Positions 52,289 through 61,809 of a DNA stretch of 63,255 bases are shown here, piece by piece; positions within the stretch are counted from its first letter, which is position 1; every line of letters begins with the position of its first letter. The stretch is taken from positions 1 to 63,255 of the forward strand of contig NIVC01001602.1 in assembly GCA_002269645.1 (NCBI GenBank), given 5' to 3'. This DNA comes from Macrostomum lignano (Eukaryota). The notes under the pieces were generated by a model. It worked only from the letters and a program-made list of their open reading frames with translations, was not told the origin of the DNA and ran no database searches. The translations under genes and the position numbers were made by a program.

Positions 52289-55069
52289 ATGGACAAGGCC
52301 GGCACCTCAGCACAGTCTGCAGGGCCGGAACAGACGGACGAAACGCACAATGCAACGCACTATATGAGAAATTGGCGGCTTGGCATACGTAAAAGGGCCG
52401 CACCCGCATTGACTGGCCAGCAGAGAATGCAAGCATTACGGCAACGTCGATTACGCGACAAACGCGCGAATCTGGCAGATCTGCCATCAAACACTCTGGT
52501 CCCTAGCCTCAATGAGGAGGGCAGCGACGCATCCGACCAGAGCGACCCAGCCAGTCTCAACGAAGAGGGTAGCGACGCATCCGACCAGATCGACCCAGCC
52601 AGCCTCAATGAGGAGGGCAGCGACGCATCCGACCAGAGCGACCCAGCCAGTCTCAACGAAGAGGGTAGCGACGCATCCGACCAGATCGACCCAGCCAGCC
52701 TCAATGAGGAGGGCAGCGACGCATCCGACCAGAGCGATCCAGCCAGTTCGAGAGCTGATCCTATTTTCATAGACAGACCATTTCATAAAATAGCCGAAGC
52801 GGATGTGCTTCTAACGACAGGAGAAGCGGCCACATTAATTGCGGACTACTGCTCCAAGTGGAAAGCATGCAGAGAGCAGAAAAGAGAACTACTAGGTTTA
52901 TTACGCAAACTGATGCCTAGCGCTGATGTGCCGCGGTCGCCGCATGTACTTTCTGAGGTTGTGAAAGCTCGCTTTCGACAAGAATGCAGATCTGCATTAC
53001 CGACCTCAGAATGCTACACTGTGTGTGCGAAGTGTAGACAAAATCGACTCGGTCGAAACGCGCCGACGTGTTCAACTTGCGGTAGCGAAGAAGTTGCAAG
53101 CTTCTGGCTATGTGACGCAAAAGATCAACTTCGGCGCTGCATCCGACGCGGAATGCTGGAGACTGTTGTGTGGCCGGCTGATCAACCGTCAGACGACATG
53201 TTTAGACGTCAGTTACACTACGTCAACAGTGCACTGTACAGGGAGTTCCTAGCGTCGATTGAACCTCGACGTAGATGCGATCTGTCGTACACGCTATGTT
53301 CAGACGGATTTTCGTTGCGGAAAAGCAGTAACGTCGAGGTCTGTCCAGTGTACATGTCTGTAACAGAGGTGTACGAACGCATGAAGTATAAGTACGTGAT
53401 TGTATGCGGAGTCTGGGCTGGACACGTTAAATTGCATGCGGAAAGTTTCCTACCAATTGTTGTTCGTCTGTTGAACGATCTAAGGTTCCAAGGCGTCGAA
53501 TATGTAGACGGACACGGCGATAAGCAAATCCTTAGATTGCACCCTTTCCAGGCCATCTTCGATGCCCCAGCACGAGCGGATGCACTAGGTATGAAGCGAT
53601 TCAACGCGATATACGGATGCGAAAAATGTTATATTCGAACAAAAAAACAGCCGTTTGGATCCGGACGTATGTTTCCGCTCGAAATCACCAACGCTATGCT
53701 GAACGCCGCTGTCAGACGTGGGTGTACACAGACAGAGTTTCGGTGCGTCACCGACACTAACATGCTTGCCGATCGGCACGAATATGAAAGAGACAGAATG
53801 CGCGTGGCTCGTACTGACGACAAGACAGACACGCTTGGAGTGCGAGCCAAGTCTCCACTGAGTGAACTGGCCGGGTTCGACTACATTAGGGGTTGCCCGC
53901 CGTGTTATTTGCACCAAACCTGTGCTGGTCTGACCGGCTATCTGATGTACCAGTTGTTCCTAATACGACATCAAAAGCCAGACCAGACGTCGAGAAACCC
54001 CGATTTGTACCGACGGATTAGCCTGATTGATGAACGGCTCGCAAGAATTCGAGTGCCGCGTAGTGTTCAGAGACGCGGACCAAGGTCACTAAACCTATTG
54101 AAGAGGTATCGGGGCCACGATTTTGAAATGTGGATGTTAGCTTACGGTCCGATGGTACTGGAAGATTTCCTTGCATGCTATGATCACGGCAGGTACTATC
54201 AGCTACTGCTGGCTCTATCGTCCGCAATGTTCGCATTGTCATGCGTTGGTTCCTCGATCCGCGAGCTGACACATGTGCGAACGACATTATCGTACTTCCA
54301 TCGCCTACTCCCGATGATGTTCTCGAATCGGGCATTGACTTATAACGCTCATCAGGTATGCGTGCATACCCTGATGCACGCAGAGTTGGCAGGGCCAATA
54401 CACCAGTTATCAGCATCGCTGTTCGAGTCATTTCATTGTAGTATTCGTAAACGCATACGCGGTTCGCGAGCGACCGACGTAGAAATAGCGAACGTCATCC
54501 AAACTGAGCTATTAGTGGCACAATTGGCGGACAAGACAACTGAAGATCTTCAGTTGACTGACACGCCAGTAGCCAGACGCATGACAACGAAGAACATCAG
54601 GTGTGGCACAGTTTCACGACCTAGAAGATATGCTGGAAACCCGAGTAAATGGGAGCGAGTTACATTGCATGACGGCACAATGATCGATGTGTTCAGACAA
54701 TCTATGTCACAGAAAAGAGTTGTCTCCAGCTTTGTTGCCGTCTGGACTGACGCTGGTCGGTCAGCGATAGACTTTGGTCGCGTCTACGAATTGGAAGAGG
54801 ATGAGGATGTAGGCGATCTACATCTACTGATGCAACCGCTCCGTCTGGCCGCACCGATGGAGGATCCTCTATCAGTGCTCGTGGCCGTTCCGGTTGATGC
54901 GCCAAATCGAGGTTGCCGACTCATCCACGTCCGGAAGCTGGCTTGCGATCCCTTCGGTGACATTGGCGGCTATGTTATTCGTGTTCCTATCAAAATGATT
55001 GTGGGATCATGTGCTGTCAGCGACACGCATGTAGTAGCGCTGCCGCATGCGCAACTATCTTTTTCGTGA
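52289..55069 (+). CDS. CACTA/EnSpm transposase (tnp2/Transposase_21-like), 926 aa, intact
   Basis: TLCSDGFSLRKSS..VCPVYM, GVWAG, FDAPARA...FNAIYGCEKC, YLH..CAG, H..VH and SLFESF motifs of CMC transposases. Confidence 0.9.
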   Translation: MDKAGTSAQSAGPEQTDETHNATHYMRNWRLGIRKRAAPALTGQQRMQALRQRRLRDKRANLADLPSNTLVPSLNEEGSDASDQSDPASLNEEGSDASDQIDPASLNEEGSDASDQSDPASLNEEGSDASDQIDPASLNEEGSDASDQSDPASSRADPIFIDRPFHKIAEADVLLTTGEAATLIADYCSKWKACREQKRELLGLLRKLMPSADVPRSPHVLSEVVKARFRQECRSALPTSECYTVCAKCRQNRLGRNAPTCSTCGSEEVASFWLCDAKDQLRRCIRRGMLETVVWPADQPSDDMFRRQLHYVNSALYREFLASIEPRRRCDLSYTLCSDGFSLRKSSNVEVCPVYMSVTEVYERMKYKYVIVCGVWAGHVKLHAESFLPIVVRLLNDLRFQGVEYVDGHGDKQILRLHPFQAIFDAPARADALGMKRFNAIYGCEKCYIRTKKQPFGSGRMFPLEITNAMLNAAVRRGCTQTEFRCVTDTNMLADRHEYERDRMRVARTDDKTDTLGVRAKSPLSELAGFDYIRGCPPCYLHQTCAGLTGYLMYQLFLIRHQKPDQTSRNPDLYRRISLIDERLARIRVPRSVQRRGPRSLNLLKRYRGHDFEMWMLAYGPMVLEDFLACYDHGRYYQLLLALSSAMFALSCVGSSIRELTHVRTTLSYFHRLLPMMFSNRALTYNAHQVCVHTLMHAELAGPIHQLSASLFESFHCSIRKRIRGSRATDVEIANVIQTELLVAQLADKTTEDLQLTDTPVARRMTTKNIRCGTVSRPRRYAGNPSKWERVTLHDGTMIDVFRQSMSQKRVVSSFVAVWTDAGRSAIDFGRVYELEEDEDVGDLHLLMQPLRLAAPMEDPLSVLVAVPVDAPNRGCRLIHVRKLACDPFGDIGGYVIRVPIKMIVGSCAVSDTHVVALPHAQLSFS
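52505..52745 (+). repeat. 48-bp (16-aa SLNEEGSDASDQ[S/I]DPA) x5 coding repeat in the transposase N-terminus
   Basis: Two alternating nucleotide variants. Confidence 0.95.
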
Positions 55070-55834
55070 ATTTGCTCGGGCCTATACGCCTGTGTGCTCC
55101 TTGTACTGTCCAAGCCCATTGTAATGTATTGACGTTGCTTAATAAGTTCGCGGAAAAGACAATTTTAAGTAAGCTGTCACCTCAAACGTTTGTTTGCGTA
55201 TACCCCACAATTTGTACGAACTGATTAAGCAGTCTTTGTAACGTCAAGTATAGTACCGCTCATTGCTGAGATAAAATCTGTTCCACTGTATGTTGCCACC
55301 CTATTTATAAACGCCTTCAACTTTATCTATGAACGTTATAAGACTCATTCACGCAGGCATTAAATAAGGCGAAGGTTCACAAGTTTACACGATCTTTACA
55401 CCAATGGTCATTCGTTTATACACCAGTATACTTCCACAACCACTATGACGACAATGTGAATGAATCTTAATCACTTTAAATATGTATGAAATCTGCCGTT
55501 TTAATTTTTTCATTAAAATGAATCATAACGGACCTCGTATCATACACCAATCAGTAAATATGCGCAATTCACGCATTTTGCGTCCATCATTACACTATGT
55601 CTCGTGTTTCGTGATTGCAACGTTGCATCGAACCTAGCATGTAGTTCACCACATCGATTGGTTGGCCGTCCACTCTCCCTATAACGAAATTCCTTAGATC
55701 TAACTTTAGCGTGTACGTAAGATTTTGTGGAAATTAGGATCGTATCTTGAGAGCGTCCTTTTCTATTCTTAAACATTGTACAATGCGATATTTGAAGTAA
55801 ATATGCTGTTAAAAATCGTTTTCCAGTCGTCTGC

Positions 55835-57493
55835 TTGATTTGGAAAGTAATGGGCAAGAAGAACTGCGTTACTCACTTACAAGAGGACGAACATCCAGTG
55901 GATATAGACGCAGAACAAGCCGAAAAGCGACCGCGCAAGGGTGTACGACCAAACGACCAATCGACAGTCCCGAAAGCTTCGTCGGAAATTCAGTCGGAAA
56001 TATTCGATGGGTCCGACAGCGCGAGGTCAACAAAGAAGAAGAACCGCCAAAATAAAAGTGCAAGTGCAGAATGTGCCCCTGACGGAATGCGCGGTTACAA
56101 ATCTGCAGATTCGTCCGCGTGGGCGGTCATTTACGACAGCAACAACGACAGAGGTGCGATACTTAGCACCGATATTGTTGCTCTTGACGATCGTCATGAG
56201 CAACCCACTGTTGGTTGTCGCATTGTCGTCGTGACAGCCAAAACAAAGACTGCCTCGGCCGCAAGATATGGCGCCACTATATGGAGTGGACCCTACAGTA
56301 GCATTGCTGCTGCGCAACGCGTCGCATCCGCGTCGGGCCCGTTGCAAACTAATAGTGCGCCGAATCCTTGTGGTTCGTGTTGTGCACTAACCAACCAATT
56401 GCGCTCGCATGTTTCCATTGTGGACGAGCAACGTGCGTAACTATTGGTTTACTGCGTAATTTCAATATATTTGTATGTAATACGTAGTCAATAAATTATT
56501 CTATAAGAGCAACTCTATATATTTATCTGAACGCACTTCATCACAGGTGATCGCATTCGGGCTCTGGAAAATGAAATTGAAAATGAGAGGGAACGTTCGG
56601 CACATCTGGCGCAAAGTAACACACAGTTGTTGAACGAAGTTGATCAACTTCGCGCTCAACTGCATTCGCTTGAAGAACAAATGGCGCAGAACGGGAACAC
56701 TGACTCCAGTCGAGACGCCAAAATGCAGCAGGTTATGAGCGTGGTTGAGCGCCGGTGTGAGCGACTACTCAGTGCAGTACATGCTGCCAGATGCACAATC
56801 GGAGGCTCTGATAGTGTCGACGCAGAGTATGCCGATCGGCAAGACGAAACTGGTCCCATTTTAATCGATGACGAACCTCGAGAAGTTGGTATATATGCCC
56901 ACAGCCATTGGTCCACTGACCAGTCGGCGCAAATGAAGCAGACTATGGGTGCTGTGCAGGCTGCCGACGCTATTGTTTCAATGCGGCCACGTGAAGTCAA
57001 CCCAAGCGCATTGGTTCGCCTGTCAAACGACAACGGCTTTAGGAGAATACTAGTAGAGCCGAAAGACAAGCGCGAAATCGAGCAGCGAACGGAAGCCATT
57101 CATCAACTGGCATCGGCCGATCGGCCAGATGCAAAAAAATTGGCTACCGCTAATGGCTCATTTATACGAGCGGTCCTTCGCGCTTTATTCAGCGAGGACC
57201 AGTTTTTGCGGGAGACTTGCTCGGGTCGCGTCAAGGGTCAAGTAGGTGGCCAGCGATGTGACGACGGCAAGCTAGCCGTGGCTATGGCATACGCCAAGCA
57301 CGTTGGCGTAAACATAGACGAAAAGGAGTTTCGGCGTCAGCACTATCAGTGCCGCGAGACGGCCATAAAACGCAGGCAGACTCCGGAAGAAAAGGCTAAA
57401 AAATCCGACGCTGTTAAAAGATGGCGCGCCGCTAAGAAGACACAGCTGGCCGGCACAGCCGAGGAAGCCGTCGAGGGAGCCGCCGAACCTTAG
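55835..57493 (+). CDS. Transposon-borne coiled-coil + BEN-domain-like protein (two exons)
   Basis: Exons ~55835-56432 and 56547-57493 with a phase-1 intron (C|gtgcgt...cacag|GT). Heptad stretch DRIRALENEIENERE...; BEN-like FIRAVLRALFSEDQFLRETCSG...CDDGKL. Start codon uncertain. Confidence 0.65.
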
Positions 57494-58562
57494 GCTGACT
57501 GTCGGCGTTGAGTAGTTTTATAGGATAACGGATCATAACGGATTAATACTATAAATTGTTTTCGCACAATGAACTTACTGTTTTTGTTTGTTTTTTTACA
57601 CAGTACTTCGTCCCATAGCAGATCTGCTATTTTAATTCAGGACGATAATCGTTTGAAATTTCGTCCGGCATTTTGCCATTCATCTTTGTGTGCTTCATAT
57701 TTCAGTTTTCCAGTTTTTTTTCTGTTCAACGTTTACGGTTTACTGTTTCATGTTCAGTGCGACTTGCGATTTGAAGTAGGCGTGCACTTAGAAAGGCCAG
57801 ACACAACTTCTTGTCGCGAAAAATGATCCAGGAGTCCGTACTTATACGTGGGAATTCTAATTGCCCCAATGCACGTAATACTGTGTAACTCTATTATACC
57901 TTGGGAACTAGAACCATATTCGGTGCACCTACTTGACTTAATGAAGGCATGAGTTCTCTAAGAAAGTACGTAATGTTGTGTGACTCAGTATCTATTTTTA
58001 TAACACGAATTCATCTCCTACAGTACTAGGAGGGCCCTCGGGCACGTGTTTCCCCCGTAAACATGGATCAACGAGTGCAGCACGTACGTCAGTTTCATCT
58101 ACAACGTCCACATACGTTAACAGTACTAATAATATTCTAAAGTATTACTTATAACACATACAGCTTTTCCAATCTTTTTCCTAGCTGCTTTTTTAATGTC
58201 TTTATTGTCGTGCTTTTTGGCACCACTATAAATGAAAAATACTGAACATTTTTATTACGTCTTTTAAGTCATTTCATACGTACTGTCTTGCCGAGATTCC
58301 GAAAAAGTGGTAGTGCGAGTTCTAGGGGACGACCCGTTTTGATTTAAATCAATTGCTAGAGGTCTGGACTCTGTCCCAACAGACTTGTGTCTGGGTGCCG
58401 AGTTAGTTGTATTATATGCGGAGTTATGTTAAGTCAATGGTAATAACAAATACCCATGCAACGTCCTTTCAATCCTGTCTCCCATCTCATGATCGCTGGT
58501 GTCCGACGCTGTTTTCGGGCCACGCCGTCTCACCGAACAACCTCCACTTCTCTCTGTTACAG

Positions 58563-59036
58563 ATGTCCAGCGCTTCAAATCGCACGGTTGGTCCATTAAG
58601 CACGCTGCGACTGAGTACCGACGACGCAAAGTATGCGTTTTCGGAGTCCATATGGAATACACCTGCTTGGAGAAACGCCATCGGCGACATCGGGATCGAA
58701 TTGTGCACGAAGCTGTCAGAGTTCTGTACTGTCGGCCACATTCGCGACTCAACGAACAGGATTCCGATATTGTTGCTACTTATTCAACGAGTTACCGACC
58801 AGCAGATCTGCTCAGCGTCATCCTCGTCGGCTTTTACAATTGATGCATGCGACCCAACCGGGATGATTGGTTGCAGTGTCCAAGGCAGCGTACGCTCGCA
58901 GATTGGGCCGTTGCGTCGTGGCGATGTTATTCTGTTGCGCCGACCGACAATTTTTGCACCGCCCGGTCGTCCAGACAAACGCTCTGTCAATATTGTACCT
59001 AGTAACATCCTACACGTATATACGGGATGCACATAC
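58563..59036 (+). CDS. HROB: Transposon-borne HROB/MCM8IP (C17orf53/DUF4539)-like OB-fold exon
   Basis: IPILLLLIQ...DPTGMIGCSV...GDVILLRRPTIFAP...VNIVPSNILHVY parallels recalled human HROB VPxMAVMIK...DPTGEMQGTV...GSVLLLKQIGVFSP...LNVTPNNLVHIY. Acceptor tctctgttacag immediately precedes the ATG; donor GTACGT at 59037. Confidence 0.75.
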
Positions 59037-59115
59037 GTACGTATAACCTGTTTTACTTTTTATCGAACTAACTGACCTTAACGAAACCAGCCGCTATATA
59101 CAACTAATTCTGTAG

Positions 59116-59985
59116 ATTGTCGACTGCACGACACCTCGCTGTCCGCGTTGCCGTAGACAAGCATGCGGCGGCTGCAGCACGGGCAGCTACTTGCGTCAAG
59201 AGGTAGTACGACTGGAACTATTTCTGGCTGATTTGCCAGTGGAACCAGTAGGTCGTACCAGCGGAACTGCTGGCGTAGTTCCATCCTATATCGCTGCTCC
59301 CTGCGGCTCGCTAATGTCTGTCTGGTGGGCTGGCTTTAATACACCGCCGATCGGCGGCAATCAAGTAACATATTTCCCTCGCGCAGCCGGGATTTCGTGG
59401 ACGCAACTGCACGAGGACCCCATCGCAACGCAAGCGGATACTTCAGATGGCACGCCATTCACTTCGTCTCCAGTCTACGAGCAGTCGTTCAACGAAAGCC
59501 ACTTGTTTCCAGAGGGTGTCACTGCTTCGAACGACGCAGTTGATGACGCCGTTGGACGATCGTCCATCGCACTAGCGACATCTGCAACGCCAAGTCGGTT
59601 GGATATTACCGTTGGCACACGGGATTGCAAAGACAATCAGGTAAGAGCTGTTTCCAGTGCAGTCGGCATTTTGTGGACGCAACTGCACAACGAAGCCATC
59701 GCCGCGCAAGCCGGCGCATCAGATGGCACGACATTCACTTCGTCTCCGGTCTACGAGCAGCCGATCAACGAAAGCCAGTTGTTTCCGGATGACGACTATG
59801 CTACGAATGAAACTTCTATCGACACAGCTGACGCTACTTGTGAACGGTCGTATAATATGGCAATGCCTGTCGGCACACCGTCACTGTCTGTTAGAGCTAG
59901 ACAATCGAGAGTGTATGTACCTTACTGTGTTTTTTATAGCTGTGTATATGTCGGAGAAACTGTCATCCATCGCCATTCAATTTAA
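59116..59985 (+). CDS. Probable downstream exon(s) of the HROB-like gene: Cys cluster and a duplicated 41-aa motif
   Basis: Phase-0 acceptor ctaattctgtag at 59115; IVDCTTPRCPRCRRQACGGC; WTQLH...FTSSPVYEQ..NES.LFP twice. An internal donor at ~59641 is possible. Confidence 0.55.
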   Translation: MVDCTTPRCPRCRRQACGGCSTGSYLRQEVVRLELFLADLPVEPVGRTSGTAGVVPSYIAAPCGSLMSVWWAGFNTPPIGGNQVTYFPRAAGISWTQLHEDPIATQADTSDGTPFTSSPVYEQSFNESHLFPEGVTASNDAVDDAVGRSSIALATSATPSRLDITVGTRDCKDNQVRAVSSAVGILWTQLHNEAIAAQAGASDGTTFTSSPVYEQPINESQLFPDDDYATNETSIDTADATCERSYNMAMPVGTPSLSVRARQSRVYVPYCVFYSCVYVGETVIHRHSI

Positions 59986-60417
59986 CTTAATACTACAGAG
60001 TCGTTCCATTGCGCCGACATATAATGCAAGTCCCCGTCGGCGGTCTCATTAATCGCCGTCCGCGGGCGCGACCCGGTCTTTCAAACGTCTGGCTCACGCG
60101 TCGACTGCCGCCAGAGTCGCGTCCGAGTACAGCAGGTCCGAGCTCGCCAGCTGATACACCAGGTCGCAGCAGATCACCAATCCAGTAATATCAATTGGTA
60201 TCCACAGTATAAGTAGATCTACTTATAACTGGACTCCCGAAACTCAGACTTATGCCACACTGTTCTCCAGATGTTTTCGTTCATGTTGAGATGCCGTTTA
60301 GTTGACACCCCGCTGTTAAATAGATGCTTCTCACAACATCTTGAAGCACCAACTTTTTATACGCTTCTTTACTGCGAAATTTGATTGTCGGTGCCTTCTG
60401 CCTTTTATTATCATAAA

Positions 60418-60970
60418 TTACCCGACTGTTATCTGATCAGGAAATCTTGTTTGATGCCAGACAGGATAACAAACAAGATAACAAACAGCATAACACGATG
60501 TTTCCCTGCAGGATTCGCATGAATTACCCGACTGTTACCTGGTCAGCGAATCCTGTTTGCCAGACAGGATAACAAACAAGATAACAAACAGCATAACACG
60601 ATGTTTCCCTGCAGGATTCGCATGAATTACCCGACTGCTACCTGGTCAGCGAATCCTGTTTGCCAGACAGGATAACAAACAAGATAACAAACAGGATAAC
60701 ACGATGTTTCCCTGCAGGATTCGCATGAATTACCCGACTGTTACCTGGTCAGCGAATCCTGTTTGCCAGACAGGATAACAAACAAGATAACAAACAGGAT
60801 AACACGATGTTTCCCTGCAGGATTCGCATGAATTACCCGACTGTTACCTGGTCAACGAATCCTGTTTGCCAGACAGGATAACAAACAAGATAACAAACAG
60901 GATAACACGATGTTTCCCTGCAGGATTCGCATGAATTACCCGACTGTTATCTGGTCAGCAAATCCTTTTT
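60418..60970. repeat. Right subterminal tandem repeat, 103-bp units x ~5
   Basis: ttacccgactg starts at 60524, 60627, 60730, 60833 and 60936; degenerate first unit. Confidence 0.95.
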
Positions 60971-61334
60971 GAATCTTGTTTGAAACAAGGAAACGTAAGA
61001 TTTCGTCACGCAAACAAGATTCATACAAGATAACATTTTGCATAACCGGAATAGGGCATGTTATCTTGTTTGAGCGAATGTTATCTTGTGGTGTTATCTG
61101 GTTTATTTACCAGAGGGCAAGCAAGGCCAGGCTAGCCACGGCCAGAGCATGCCCAGTATTGGCTGCAGGAATGGCTTGGCCATAGACTAAAAAATGGAAT
61201 ATCAAAATGAGAATAAGACGCTCAATATGAGACTGAGTGTGAAAGCCTTCAGATATCGCTCTAACCCTCCGACCCTCAGCCAGCTCTCCTTCTTCACCCC
61301 TTGGGTTGCATCTGACCCCTTGGATTTCACTGTG

Positions 61335-61640
61335 ATGGCACCATCGATTCCTGCAGCAAACCGTCAGCGTCTGATCGACGCAGTAAACAATGGATCAACC
61401 ATCCTAGCTGCCGCTCAAATTCCCAAGATCAAGAGAGCGTCCGCCTTTAGGATCGCTGCGGAGTTCCGCCTCCATGGCAGAGTTGAATCCCTACCTCGTG
61501 GCGGTCGGAGAGAAGAAAATTGCAAGGCTGACAACGAGATGAGAGACTTCCTGACTGAGACGCTGGAGGAAAATCCCTTCCTCACACTCAAGGAAATGTC
61601 CTCACGTCTGGCTACGCAGTTTCCGGAAAAACCCACCGAC
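61335..61640 (+). mobile_element. Tc1/IS630-like transposase N-terminal HTH fragment
   Basis: RQRLIDAVNNG..ILAAA...RASAFRI...GRVESLPRGGRR...LEENPFLTLKEM pattern; no catalytic domain follows. Confidence 0.65.
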
Positions 61641-61740
61641 CAGGCCCACGGGGGGATCCATCCCCATATCCCCCCTTGCCTACGCCGCTGATAAGTACCA
61701 ATGTTACAGTAATATGTTTGATTGTTTAGAGGTAAGTAAG

Positions 61741-61745
<5 letters not shown>

Positions 61746-61804
<59 letters not shown>
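61746..61804. repeat. (CT)n microsatellite
   Basis: Direct inspection. Confidence 0.97.

Positions 61805-61809
<5 letters not shown>

Larger units (their letters stand above)
45155..61117 (+). mobile_element. Complete ~16-kb CACTA/EnSpm (CMC superfamily) DNA transposon with cargo genes
   Basis: TIR CCCTCTGGTAAATAAAACAGATAACGCCACAAGATAA vs right-end reverse complement CCCTCTGGTAAATAAACCAGATAACACCACAAGATAA. 2-bp TSD CA, subterminal arrays at both ends, internal tnp2-type transposase. Confidence 0.9.
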
